53,778 nt of DNA from a virus (lineage: Duplodnaviria; Caudoviricetes). Position numbers and translations under genes: made by a program. Under the pieces are notes generated by a model. That model had not been told where the DNA came from. It made no database searches and worked only from the letters and a program-made list of their open reading frames with translations. Location: IMG/VR virus record IMGVR_UViG_3300017779_003527, positions 1-53,778 of that record; one strand, given 5' to 3'. Shown here one piece after another: positions 16,798 through 25,588 of this stretch; positions within the stretch are counted from its first letter, which is position 1; each line of letters opens with the position of its first letter.

Positions 16798-17043
16798 ATG
16801 ACAAAGTGGTTAATATATTCAAAGAACAATTGTCCTTATTGCGAAAAGGCTAAGTTCGAGCTTCAACACGAAGCAGAAGTACAAGTAAAAAATATCAATG
16901 AGGATCCAGAATTCTTTACGGAATTAATGGAAAAAAATCCTAACGCAAGAACCATGCCTCAAATATACAAAGATGATCAACTCATCGGTGGGTATGATCA
17001 ACTTATTGCTCATAGAGCAATTGACGCTAAGTACGGACTATGA
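16798..17043 (+). CDS. glutaredoxin
   Basis: CPYC, RTMPQI, IGGY. Confidence 0.93.
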   Translation: MTKWLIYSKNNCPYCEKAKFELQHEAEVQVKNINEDPEFFTELMEKNPNARTMPQIYKDDQLIGGYDQLIAHRAIDAKYGL

Positions 17044-18029
17044 AGTTAAACGTAATCGGTGATCCTAAAGCAGCAAAGGACGCTAGAGTTAAAGCTGAAC
17101 AAAACGAAGTAGATCAGAATGCAATGGGTGGCACTGAGATAATGAAACATGCATTGTTTGATAAGTTAGATGATGCTACTCTTGATAAGTTTCAAATAAT
17201 CCCATCAAGGTTTAGAGGAACAAAGAAAGGCAAGAAACCAATCTACTGGGTACACGACTTAGCTGGTGATCCAGAAATGGCTCATCTTAAAGATGGTGGC
17301 CATAATAAGTTTGATGGTATTGTGTGCGTGTCACATTGGCAAAGACAACAAATAGAAAACTATCTGAATGTTCCAGCTGGTTCTTTGACTGTATTACAAA
17401 ACGCTATTGAGCCTATTCCGGAACATACAAAACCAGATTCTAAAGAATGTGTTAATTTAATTTATCATACTACTCCTCATAGAGGATTAGATTTATAGTA
17501 TCCGGTCATGGAATGGGTTGAGCAGACTCTACCTGACATTAACTGGCACTTAGATGTTTATAGTTCATTTGGGATATATGGTTGGGAAGAAAGAGATAAA
17601 GAATTCCAACCTCTGTTTGATAAAATTAAAAAGCATCCTAAAATGACTTATCACGGACACGTAGATAATAAAGAGATACACAAAGCATTACAGAAAGCTC
17701 ATATATTTGCTCTACCAAGCATATGGCCTGAGACTTCTTGTATTGCTCTTATAGAGGCTATGAGTGCTGGATGCATATGTGTACATAGTAGTCTTGCAGC
17801 ACTACCTGAGACAGCTGCTAATTGGACCCTAATGTATGATTATACACAGGACATGAATGAGCACGCTTCGAGGCATGCTTTAACTTTAGCTGATGCTATG
17901 AGATTAATTGAAGAACCATCTATGAAAGAAAGATTGCAAATGCAAAAGGCATATGCTGATGGTTTCTATTCATGGGATGTGAGATCAAAGCAATGGGAAG
18001 TTTTCTTAACATCATTACTAAGTAAATGA
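17040..18029 (+). pseudogene. GT-B (GT4-like) glycosyltransferase interrupted by one in-frame TAG (17496-17498)
   Basis: 17040..17498 and 17508..18029 are in the same frame: TPHRGLDL*YPVMEW. Motifs AMGGTE, WVHD, VCVSHWQ and WPETSCIALIEAMSAG belong to one enzyme. Confidence 0.8.
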
Positions 18030-18187
18030 CAAACAAACAAATAAATTTAGATACTTATTATAAGGGTACGGTAAAAGAACTACAAGAACAAGTCTATAAG
18101 CTCTATCAAAGAATTCAAATATTAGTAGACGAAAAAAAAGAGCTAGCCGATGAGGTCGAACGCCTCTCTAAGCTCAAGAAACTTTAA
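18026..18187 (+). CDS. small coiled-coil protein (53 aa, not in ORF track)
   Basis: ATGA-coupled; MTNKQINLDTYYKGTVKELQEQVYKLYQRIQILVDEKKELADEVERLSKLKKL. Confidence 0.55.
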   Translation: MTNKQINLDTYYKGTVKELQEQVYKLYQRIQILVDEKKELADEVERLSKLKKL

Positions 18188-18808
18188 TAAGTATTGATTT
18201 CTCTCTTTAGTATTCTTGATGAATACTTGAGGTTCGCTTTCACCATCAACTCCAATAATAGTTACTAGCTGAGGTATTTGTATACCTGTCATTTGTTCAA
18301 ACATAAAGCTATAAGCTGCTTCCTGAACAAAATAATTCTGACACCATGCTTCAGGTTTCTTTTTCTTAGATGTCTTAAAATCTATAACAGACATTACTCC
18401 ATTATATTCACCAACACAATCTACCTGTCCAGCTGATCGTAAGAAGTCAGAGAATAAAAATCCTTCTACACATTTAATTACTCCCAATGTATCACCAAGA
18501 TGTTTTGACATTGCATCAAACATCTCTTTGTTAGATGGCATCACCTTAACATCGTCCATTGTTCCAAGAACATAATGCTCACATAACTTGTGAATAGATG
18601 TTCCTCTTGAAGCTGCTTTAGTTGTTATTTCATTAGCAACTTTTTCTCCTACCCGGGCGCGCCATTCTGTAATAGCCTTCTTCGTCATCTGCCCTGTTAT
18701 AGTCGTTACTGACGGGTATAAAGTACCATCTGGTGTCTCATATAGTCTCTTACCGTTTACGTTCCTTCTAGGCAGTCTCTGAAGGTCTGAGAGCTGGAGA
18801 TCGATCAT
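18143..18808 (-). CDS. PD-(D/E)xK exonuclease of T4-like phages
   Basis: R.Y.TPDG..YPSVTT, RGTSIH..CE, AGQVDCV...SVIDFKTS, YFVQ..AY. Confidence 0.88.
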   Translation of the reverse strand: MIDLQLSDLQRLPRRNVNGKRLYETPDGTLYPSVTTITGQMTKKAITEWRARVGEKVANEITTKAASRGTSIHKLCEHYVLGTMDDVKVMPSNKEMFDAMSKHLGDTLGVIKCVEGFLFSDFLRSAGQVDCVGEYNGVMSVIDFKTSKKKKPEAWCQNYFVQEAAYSFMFEQMTGIQIPQLVTIIGVDGESEPQVFIKNTKERNQYLLKFLELREAFDLIG

Positions 18809-18811
18809 GTT

Positions 18812-19090
18812 CTAGTCTCTCACTGCTTTAATAGCTTCTAAAGGCAAGATTACGCCCTGTCTATCATCATCAACATCAATAATCAATCCTTTAGACCAGT
18901 CTACATAAACTACATCATTTGGTTTGATGTATGTTACGTCTGGACCAACGGCAATTACCATTGCTGGTGCTGAGCCTGGTTTAGTATCATCGACGTCAGC
19001 TGAAAGAATAATACCGCCTTCGGTTTGTCTTTCTTTCTTTTCTTTTACTTTCATCTCTGCAACTAAAATGTTGTCTGTAGTCATCTTCAT
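18812..19090 (-). CDS. groES: co-chaperonin GroES (gp31 analogue)
   Basis: DNILV, mobile loop TEGGIIL, VIAVGPDV..IKPND.V. Confidence 0.85.
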   Translation of the reverse strand: MKMTTDNILVAEMKVKEKKERQTEGGIILSADVDDTKPGSAPAMVIAVGPDVTYIKPNDVVYVDWSKGLIIDVDDDRQGVILPLEAIKAVRD

Positions 19091-19431
19091 AAATTTTCTA
19101 TTCCTTTGGTGTCGTACACCTTTTTATCTTTTGCGGCTTTCGCCTTCCATTTATCAACAGCTCTATTAACCTGACCTTGTTTACCAGACTTAGCTGAATT
19201 CATTTCCCTACCAAAATTAGATTGAGGATTCTGCTCACCTATCTTTTGTAGTACTTCATTAAAGCCATCATCGACTTTACGTAAACCATCTACACCACCT
19301 ACGATCATAGGAGCACTGACCTTTTGTTTTACGTTTGGATTGTCCTTTAAGAACTCCTCACGTTCGGCTATTTTAAGCATTAGCTCAAATTCCTCACCGG
19401 TTTCAGTGTCTATGAAATCGTATAGTGGCAT
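19087..19431 (-). CDS. conserved T4-like phage protein (FmdB-like N-terminus)
   Basis: MPLYDFIDTETGEEFE...EFLKDNPNVKQ. Confidence 0.7.
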   Translation of the reverse strand: MPLYDFIDTETGEEFELMLKIAEREEFLKDNPNVKQKVSAPMIVGGVDGLRKVDDGFNEVLQKIGEQNPQSNFGREMNSAKSGKQGQVNRAVDKWKAKAAKDKKVYDTKGIENL

Positions 19432-19904
19432 TATACGTCTTGGTTTTCTGCTTCGTTTAGAAAATCTGCAAAGGCCATCTTAACAGTCTTCTTACTACAG
19501 CCTTTGATCTTTCCATCTTTGACTTGTACTAAAAGAGCTGCATCATCAGGATCAATGGTCTCAAGTATCTGAACGAACATTTGTTCTCTTCTAGCTTGAG
19601 TGACATTTGCCTTACCTTCTAAGAACACATACATTCTTCTCATCTCTGTATGTAATGTTCCTTGAGCATCCATTGATTTGTCCAATGGTTTGTAAGGAGG
19701 GTTGCCTTCTGGAAGTGCCCACTTAATTCGATTGTCATATGCTAACTCAAAGATTCCTCTAAGCTCTCGACTATCGCATTGTTGTAGGATTTTTATTTTA
19801 GAAGCTACAGACTTTTCTTTCTTAACTTCAAGAATAATTTCACCCAGTCCATCTTTCTTTGCATTTGCTGCATTTGGATTTTGTAGTGCCATATTAAAAC
19901 TCAC
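19431..19904 (-). CDS. conserved hypothetical protein of marine T4-like phages
   Basis: WALPEGNPPY, RREQMFVQILE.I.PDDA.LL..VKD pattern; lies next to rnh. Confidence 0.7.
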   Translation of the reverse strand: MSFNMALQNPNAANAKKDGLGEIILEVKKEKSVASKIKILQQCDSRELRGIFELAYDNRIKWALPEGNPPYKPLDKSMDAQGTLHTEMRRMYVFLEGKANVTQARREQMFVQILETIDPDDAALLVQVKDGKIKGCSKKTVKMAFADFLNEAENQDV

Positions 19905-20766
19905 TTATGTTTTCGATAAGATTATTTAATCTCTTTTTAACAAAGTAATTAAACAACCCATCTCTTCCACCTGGATCTACATTGAACTGTTCTAAAACTT
20001 GTTCTCTAATATAATCAGGTGTGTTAATTAAATCAACCAATTTTTCATTTCTTATATAACCGGCTGCCCATTCATGGTGCCAATAGTCCGGAGCAATGTC
20101 TGCTTTTGCTACTGCCTCCATTATTTCTTGCAATCTTTTTGCTCGCATTGGCTTTTGACGGCCACCACTTACAAAAGTATCATCAGCTGATAAACAATTC
20201 GGAATTCCATCACCTCTATCTCCTTTAGCAATATGCTCTAAAAGATATTGTGCTGGATCTTTATGCTTTATCATTCTCTTTCTAACTGGATCATATTGAC
20301 TCACATTTACAAATTGTTGTAATTGTATAAAGTCTTTATCTCCACTTAAAACTAGTATTGGTTCTCCCTCTCCTAATTGTACACCGAACTCATGACACAA
20401 GACACCAATAATATCATCTGCCTCAGCTGTATGTACTCTTAGATGCTTATAAGGAAAAAATTCTTTGAGCTCATCTCTAACAACATTCAAAGTATCAAAT
20501 ATATTTGGCCAATCTAAAACTGACTCATCTCTGTTTTGTTTTCTATGAGCTTTGTAGTATGGATATTCTTTCTTACGCCAGTTATTAGTATCATCACAAC
20601 AGATAACTATTTCACCGTACTTGTCTTTGAATTTGTTTCTATACGATCGAATACCATTAAGCACCATATGTCTTAATAGCTCTTCATCAACAGTATTGGA
20701 TCTACTGCTGTGTAGTTGAGCCATCAGGTTTGATATCATCACCTGATTTAAGTCTAATAATATCAT
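19894..20766 (-). CDS. rnh: T4-type RNase H / 5'-3' exonuclease
   Basis: MILLDLNQV, WRK..YPYYKAHR, EADDIIG, LSGDKDFIQLQ, KGDRGDGIPN. Confidence 0.95.
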   Translation of the reverse strand: MILLDLNQVMISNLMAQLHSSRSNTVDEELLRHMVLNGIRSYRNKFKDKYGEIVICCDDTNNWRKKEYPYYKAHRKQNRDESVLDWPNIFDTLNVVRDELKEFFPYKHLRVHTAEADDIIGVLCHEFGVQLGEGEPILVLSGDKDFIQLQQFVNVSQYDPVRKRMIKHKDPAQYLLEHIAKGDRGDGIPNCLSADDTFVSGGRQKPMRAKRLQEIMEAVAKADIAPDYWHHEWAAGYIRNEKLVDLINTPDYIREQVLEQFNVDPGGRDGLFNYFVKKRLNNLIENISEF

Positions 20767-20789
20767 AATTTATCCATATTAAAACTACC

Positions 20790-20818
20790 ATTATACATTA
20801 ATGGTATTATAAAGTCAA
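20790..20818 (-). promoter_or_regulatory. sigma70-type promoter for rnh operon
   Basis: Minus-strand TTGACT-N17-TATAAT with extended -10 TG. Confidence 0.8.
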
Positions 20819-20821
20819 CTG

Positions 20822-21196
20822 CTATTGGTCGTTATATAAGTCCTGCCATGTGCTGGCAAAAATCTTGCTTTCTTCGGAATTAACAACCTGCTCTGTTATC
20901 TTTTGAAGTGGATGATCGTGACCACACGCTTTTAACAATGCAGATTTTAATGCCTCACATACCATTAACAAATCTTGGTCTAGCTCTTTATTGCGTAATT
21001 TAATTCCTCTTGCTTCGATCTCTTCGAATAATTGATACGTAAGCTCAATGGAAGTGTTTAAAGAAAGCTCCGCTTGATAGCGCTTAATGTTATTAAGTCT
21101 TTCCTCCTCACTTACAGGTACGTTGTGAGAACCCATTTTTGGGAATTGAATTACTTCGCCCATGGAAGTATTTAGCTCACTTTTGTTTGGCTTCAC
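20822..21196 (-). CDS. hypothetical protein
   Basis: ORF with VIQFPK and HPLQ motifs typical of this T4-like gene slot; true start may be the internal Met (MGEVIQFPK). Confidence 0.65.
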   Translation of the reverse strand: MKPNKSELNTSMGEVIQFPKMGSHNVPVSEEERLNNIKRYQAELSLNTSIELTYQLFEEIEARGIKLRNKELDQDLLMVCEALKSALLKACGHDHPLQKITEQVVNSEESKIFASTWQDLYNDQ

Positions 21197-21797
21197 GCGC
21201 TTTCTTCATTCTCTCAACAAATGCTTGCTTTTGTAACAGTCCCATTGGTTTTCTTTTCTTTTTAGTCTTAGTAGTCTTCTTGGTACTAGATGTTGAAACG
21301 AGTATATGTCCGTCTTCTGTATACTCAAGTCTAGGCATACCATAACTTTCTCGTTCTTCGTTCTCTAACTCTGGTGTCCAGTCTTGCATATAGTCATGAT
21401 AGAATACACCAAATTCTCTTTTAGGCTTTCCGTTAGGATAGTAAGCCATTGCAATACATGCTCTCTTTACTTTTCTTTCCATATCACCTCCAGCAAATGG
21501 ACTAGTATAATCACCCGTTCTCAAATAGGCATCTAATTGAGATATGTAACCTTCCCATGTCACTCTTCTTGCAAGTGCAGATTTATCTCCACTAACATGG
21601 GATCTATGTTCAGAGGTTCTATGCATCTTAGCTTCTTTAATCCACTCACGTACATTTTTTAAACTAAAGTCGTGGTCATCATCTAATGCTACAACTGATG
21701 GTGCAAATTGGGTATACTTAGGAGGGTTCTTTTTGTACCTCTCCTCTCTAGCCTTTGCTAATCTTTCTGCTGCTGCTAATTTAGCTTCCTCTTTCAT
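21177..21797 (-). CDS. basic hypothetical protein
   Basis: ERLAKARE at the N-terminus and ERMKKARE at the C-terminus; Lys-rich tail. Confidence 0.7.
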   Translation of the reverse strand: MKEEAKLAAAERLAKAREERYKKNPPKYTQFAPSVVALDDDHDFSLKNVREWIKEAKMHRTSEHRSHVSGDKSALARRVTWEGYISQLDAYLRTGDYTSPFAGGDMERKVKRACIAMAYYPNGKPKREFGVFYHDYMQDWTPELENEERESYGMPRLEYTEDGHILVSTSSTKKTTKTKKKRKPMGLLQKQAFVERMKKAREAKQK

Positions 21798-22590
21798 ATA
21801 GTTTCTCCAGTATGTGTAATTGTCTGTATGTGGTTGGCTCGTAAATTGATCCTAGTTTCTTACTATGCTCTATTGTTGAATCTACTTTAGGATAAAAGCA
21901 TTGGGTGACTGGAGCATTTTGTAATCCCTTTCTACCATCCAGTGCTTCCTTCCATCTATTAGACATTCCTAATTTATTCTTTGAATGAATAGTAGGCCAT
22001 AACAATCTTGCTCTTTTGGCTTTGCTAGAAAGTTTCTTTACTTCAATTTTTTCTTTCTTGCCATCAAATCTATCAAGCATTGCAGTCCATTCTGTAAATG
22101 CTGTAAACAATTCTGCCATTGGTCCTGCATCAATCATTTCATTAACTGTCTGCCACTTACTCATACAATATCTTGCAAAGCTAGGTGACATTGATACGCA
22201 TTCCATTGCAATGCCAACACACCACAAATCTTTACCCTCTATCTCGTCAACTAGCGCCATCAGTTTTTTAGGGTTAGTGACATATGCATCATGTTCTAAT
22301 ATAATAACTTGCTCTCCTGTATCAGCTATATGCTTCCACCAATGAAACATTGAGGTAAGGCATGCCTTCTCTGTCGGAGTTATCTCATGTCTGTTTGTTT
22401 TATACTTACCAGCACTACTATACTTGCCCCAGTTGATTTTAAAAGGTGCATCGTTTATAGTAGCGGGCGTATAACATTGAAACCTTTCGACCTCAACATT
22501 CTTAACAGCTTCCCAAGTCTTGAGAGCTATCTTTGAATACGCAACAGAGATGGGATTATTGAAATCGCAAATCATTTTCGCTTTTATCAT
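21781..22590 (-). CDS. GT25-like glycosyltransferase
   Basis: TEKACLTSMFHWWKHIA.....IILEHDA matches the GT25 (Lex2A/LgtB) motif; start reassigned to ATG 22590, downstream of its promoter. Confidence 0.75.
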   Translation of the reverse strand: MIKAKMICDFNNPISVAYSKIALKTWEAVKNVEVERFQCYTPATINDAPFKINWGKYSSAGKYKTNRHEITPTEKACLTSMFHWWKHIADTGEQVIILEHDAYVTNPKKLMALVDEIEGKDLWCVGIAMECVSMSPSFARYCMSKWQTVNEMIDAGPMAELFTAFTEWTAMLDRFDGKKEKIEVKKLSSKAKRARLLWPTIHSKNKLGMSNRWKEALDGRKGLQNAPVTQCFYPKVDSTIEHSKKLGSIYEPTTYRQLHILEKLYERGS

Positions 22591-22600
22591 AATAGAGTCC

Positions 22601-22629
22601 ATTATACTACAATTTAGATTAAAAGTCAA
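22601..22629 (-). promoter_or_regulatory. sigma70-type promoter
   Basis: Minus-strand TTGACT-N17-TATAAT. Confidence 0.8.
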
Positions 22630-22672
22630 TATCGACTTTTTTAACTTTTTACTAAAATATATATATTAGCTG

Positions 22673-22701
22673 TTGACTTTTGATTCTTTTTAGTGGATCA
22701 T
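22673..22701 (+). promoter_or_regulatory. weak sigma70-type promoter candidate for flavodoxin
   Basis: TTGACT-N17-GATCAT with extended -10 TG; divergent from the 22601-22629 promoter. Confidence 0.4.
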
Positions 22702-22740
22702 CTCGTCTGTGAGTAGGTCAGGTATAGATAAGGAAAAATA

Positions 22741-23265
22741 ATGAATAAGGTAAAAATAGTAGTAGGAACCGATACTGGTAATACAGAGTACCATGCTAAG
22801 TATATTAAGAAGGAGCTCTTAAGGCATTATAATATAGAGTCAGAGATAGTAATGGTGCATGACATCCAACCAGAAGATTGGACGTCGCATGATTATTATA
22901 TACTAGGAGCGCCAACATGGTTTGATGGAGAGATGTCTCAAGATTGGAATTGGTATCTCCCTACTTTTAAAGATACCAACTTTACAGACAAAACTATATT
23001 CATATATGGGCTAGGCGATCAGGTTGGATATCCAACTTACTATTGTGATGCTGTAGGCCTATTAGGTAGAGCTGTGACAGAGGCTGGCGGATCAGTTGAA
23101 TGTTTAACTACTACTGATGGCCATGACTTTAAAGAGTCTCAAGCTGTAGTAACTGAAGGTGTATTCTGGGGCCTTTGCTTAGATGAAGAAAACCAACCAG
23201 AAATGTCAGACGACCGTATTAATGAATGGGTACAAAACGTAGCCAAAATAATTAATTCAAATTAA
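22741..23265 (+). CDS. fldA: long-chain flavodoxin
   Basis: GTDTGNTE, ILGAPTWFDGE, YGLGDQVGY...YCDA, F.GLCLDEENQ...DRI..WV. Confidence 0.95.
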   Translation: MNKVKIVVGTDTGNTEYHAKYIKKELLRHYNIESEIVMVHDIQPEDWTSHDYYILGAPTWFDGEMSQDWNWYLPTFKDTNFTDKTIFIYGLGDQVGYPTYYCDAVGLLGRAVTEAGGSVECLTTTDGHDFKESQAVVTEGVFWGLCLDEENQPEMSDDRINEWVQNVAKIINSN

Positions 23266-23278
23266 TTTAAAATAACTG

Positions 23279-23307
23279 TTGACTTTAAATTAACTATTTT
23301 GTATAAT
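23279..23307 (+). promoter_or_regulatory. sigma70-type (early) promoter
   Basis: TTGACT-N17-TATAAT. Confidence 0.85.
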
Positions 23308-23342
23308 AGCTGTATAATTTAAACTAATAGGAGAAATAAATT

Positions 23343-24317
23343 ATGGCACATATGGTAGAAACAATGGCTTACGCAGGGGAACTTCCTTGGCATGGTCTTG
23401 GTACGAAAGTAGCAGATGGTATCGGCGTAGACGATATGATCAGAGAAGCTGGTTTAGATTGGCAAGTCGAAAAGATTCCTGCATTAGCAGATTTCAATGG
23501 CGAGAAAATCTATTCTGGTCACGATATGTTAGTGAGAAGTTCTGATGGAATGCCTCTTGACATGGTAAAGGAAAACTGGGTTCCTGTTCAAAACTCAGAT
23601 GCGTTTGAATTCTTTAGAGAGTTTTGTGATGCTGGTGATATGGAAATGCATACTGCTGGTTCTTTACAGGACGGTAAAAGAGTTTGGGCACTTGCTAAAG
23701 TAAAGGATGACTTTACAATTAACGGTGGAGATAAAGTAGATTCTTATTTGCTTCTAACTAATCCACATATGTATGGTAGAGCAGTAGATATTAGGTTTAC
23801 TCCTATAAGAGTTGTATGTAACAATACGCTTACTCTTTCTCTTGCTCAGAAAGGAGACTATCAAGTTTCTCTTAACCATAAGAAAGCGTTTGATGTTCAA
23901 GAAGCTAAAGAGCTACTTGGAGTTGCTAAAGGCAAAATGGAAACTTATAAAGATATGGCTCAGTTCTTATCTTCTAAGCGTTATACTCCTGAGTCTCTTA
24001 GAACTTATTTCACTACAGTGTTCGCTAATCAGAACCCTAAAGTGAAAGGCATTGGATTCGATCCAGCTAATACTGAGGACTTCCTTAAGTATGGATCTAA
24101 AAATGCAAAGAGAGCAATGGAAGTTGTTGGAACTCAACCTGGCGCGCAATACGCAGAAGGTTCATTCTGGCAAGCATTCAACGCTGTAACATATTTGACT
24201 GACCACGAGCTTGGTAGAGAAAATGATTCCAGAATCAACTCTGCTTGGTACGGTGTCAATAAAGTCAAGAAGGTTAAGGCGTTAGAGTCTGCTCTTGCTT
24301 TTGCAGAAGCTGCTTAA
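23343..24317 (+). CDS. DUF932 / TIGR03299 phage-plasmid family protein
   Basis: MAHMVETMAYAGELPWHGLG, AGLDW.V, PVQNSDAFEFF, TAGSL.DGKRVW, TPIRVVCNNTL, WQAFNAVT. Confidence 0.9.
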   Translation: MAHMVETMAYAGELPWHGLGTKVADGIGVDDMIREAGLDWQVEKIPALADFNGEKIYSGHDMLVRSSDGMPLDMVKENWVPVQNSDAFEFFREFCDAGDMEMHTAGSLQDGKRVWALAKVKDDFTINGGDKVDSYLLLTNPHMYGRAVDIRFTPIRVVCNNTLTLSLAQKGDYQVSLNHKKAFDVQEAKELLGVAKGKMETYKDMAQFLSSKRYTPESLRTYFTTVFANQNPKVKGIGFDPANTEDFLKYGSKNAKRAMEVVGTQPGAQYAEGSFWQAFNAVTYLTDHELGRENDSRINSAWYGVNKVKKVKALESALAFAEAA

Positions 24318-24333
24318 TTAAGTAGCTACAAAG

Positions 24334-24356
24334 AAAGGGCCCTACAGGGCCCTTTT
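24334..24356 (+). terminator. intrinsic terminator
   Basis: AAAGGGCCC-TACA-GGGCCCTTTT hairpin 16 nt after the stop. Confidence 0.8.
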
Positions 24357-24389
24357 GGCGTTAAATATATATTATAGGGACCTTTTTTT

Positions 24390-24926
24390 ATGTATTACAA
24401 AATTGAAAACATTATAAGCGATACTCACAGAAAACAATTAATAGATGTGTACAATTCATTGCCATCAGAGCTAGCACATCAAGACTACAATTTATTTGAT
24501 GTAGATAAAAGGCATCCTGAAAAGTCGCAAGTTGAAATGGAATGCTTTGGAGCAATAGATCAATATGCATCTAACCATGAAAAAACATTTAGACATTACT
24601 TCCTAGACTATACAGAAGAATCGTTTACTAAATTTCATAGCGATAACGATGATGAAGTTGGATTAACTATCGTCACATTCTTAGATGCATCAGATGACTT
24701 AAAAGGTGGCCAAGCATTAGCCATGTTGCCATACGAAAAAAGAGGTAGACCTCAGAATAAATATAGAAAGGGTGATGCACCTCTTAACGAAAGATGCATT
24801 CCAAAAGTAATTGATATGCATGTAGGACAATCGTTGGTATACGATAAACATTTAATACATGGAGTAGGACAAGTTGAAAGGGGCAACCGTTTAGTGTTGA
24901 TAAGTTGGTATGGCCACGCAATTTGA
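24390..24926 (+). CDS. 2OG-Fe(II) oxygenase
   Basis: FTKFHSD (HxD), LKGG, IHGVGQVERGNRLVLISWY. Confidence 0.85.
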   Translation: MYYKIENIISDTHRKQLIDVYNSLPSELAHQDYNLFDVDKRHPEKSQVEMECFGAIDQYASNHEKTFRHYFLDYTEESFTKFHSDNDDEVGLTIVTFLDASDDLKGGQALAMLPYEKRGRPQNKYRKGDAPLNERCIPKVIDMHVGQSLVYDKHLIHGVGQVERGNRLVLISWYGHAI

Positions 24927-25443
24927 AGTACTAAAAGGTACAGACATTTATGATGATTTGTATGAGGGTTACACAGCAGGATTTAAGATCATGCGTAACC
25001 TGGTCGATGTTAATTTAACTGCATTAGATGTAGTAAAAGCATATCAACATGCCGACAAGAAAAAGTATCTACAACCTCTAAAAGAAATAAACTATAACAA
25101 TAGATGGTTACAATTTAAGGGAGAGTTCGAGCCTGAATCTGAAAAGGTTGCCAGGTATATGAAAAAAAGGTTTAAGTTCTCTCAACAACACATTTATGCC
25201 AATTGGATACCAGACGGATTTAGTTTTGGAAGACATAAAGATGGTATGGATGTTATTATATTGCAGTGTTGGAACACAGTTGCGTATACTGTAGAAAGCC
25301 CATATGGCGAAAAAGAAAATTCTTCTTTTGTTTTGTCGCCGGGTGATGCAATATATATACGTAGCGGGGTATATCATACCCCTATTATATTTGGCGAAAG
25401 AATGACAATGAGTTTCAGTTGGCCGTTGACTTCCAGTCAATAG
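24910..25443 (+). CDS. JmjC/cupin-type 2OG oxygenase
   Basis: FGRHKDGMDVIILQ and LSPGDAIYIRSGVYH. Confidence 0.8.
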   Translation: MATQFEVLKGTDIYDDLYEGYTAGFKIMRNLVDVNLTALDVVKAYQHADKKKYLQPLKEINYNNRWLQFKGEFEPESEKVARYMKKRFKFSQQHIYANWIPDGFSFGRHKDGMDVIILQCWNTVAYTVESPYGEKENSSFVLSPGDAIYIRSGVYHTPIIFGERMTMSFSWPLTSSQ

Positions 25444-25454
25444 CACTGTATAAT
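25426..25454 (+). promoter_or_regulatory. sigma70-type promoter
   Basis: TTGACT-N17-TATAAT; the -35 lies in the palindrome TTGACT-TCC-AGTCAA. Confidence 0.8.
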
Positions 25455-25459
25455 AAACT

Positions 25460-25567
25460 CATATTCGGTAGAGCATCTGGTAGCTCTACCCGCGGAAAGA
25501 CAATCAAGAGCGGGGGATTGTCGGATAAATGGGCGAGGGTACAAAACGAGGGGCCACATTATCACCT
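25460..25567 (+). ncRNA. candidate structured RNA / 5' leader
   Basis: GC-rich non-coding island right after the promoter, with hairpins GGTAGAGC/GCTCTACC, GACAATC/GATTGTC and an imperfect GATAAATGGGC/GCCACATTATC. Confidence 0.5.
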
Positions 25568-25588
25568 TTAATATTAACAGGACAGTGA

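Noticed and set aside
3311-17043. Bacterial chromosome fragment or chimeric assembly
   Set aside because: Bacterial-type genes are interleaved with phage genes (denV, gp30.2-like), share the AT-rich composition and tight packing, and follow T4 late promoter motifs
17496-17498. Genome-wide TAG reassignment (alternative genetic code)
   Set aside because: Only one gene is interrupted, and well-defined genes (denV, gp7, gp8) end normally at TAG
18143-18808. Cas4-like nuclease as a sign of a CRISPR system
   Set aside because: It is the usual stand-alone PD-(D/E)xK exonuclease of T4-like phages; no repeat-spacer array or other cas genes are visible
25457-25495. CTCATATTCGGTAGAGCATCTGG resembles a tRNA D-arm
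   Set aside because: No anticodon stem, no T-loop GTTCRA and no acceptor stem; GGTAGAGC pairs with GCTCTACC instead
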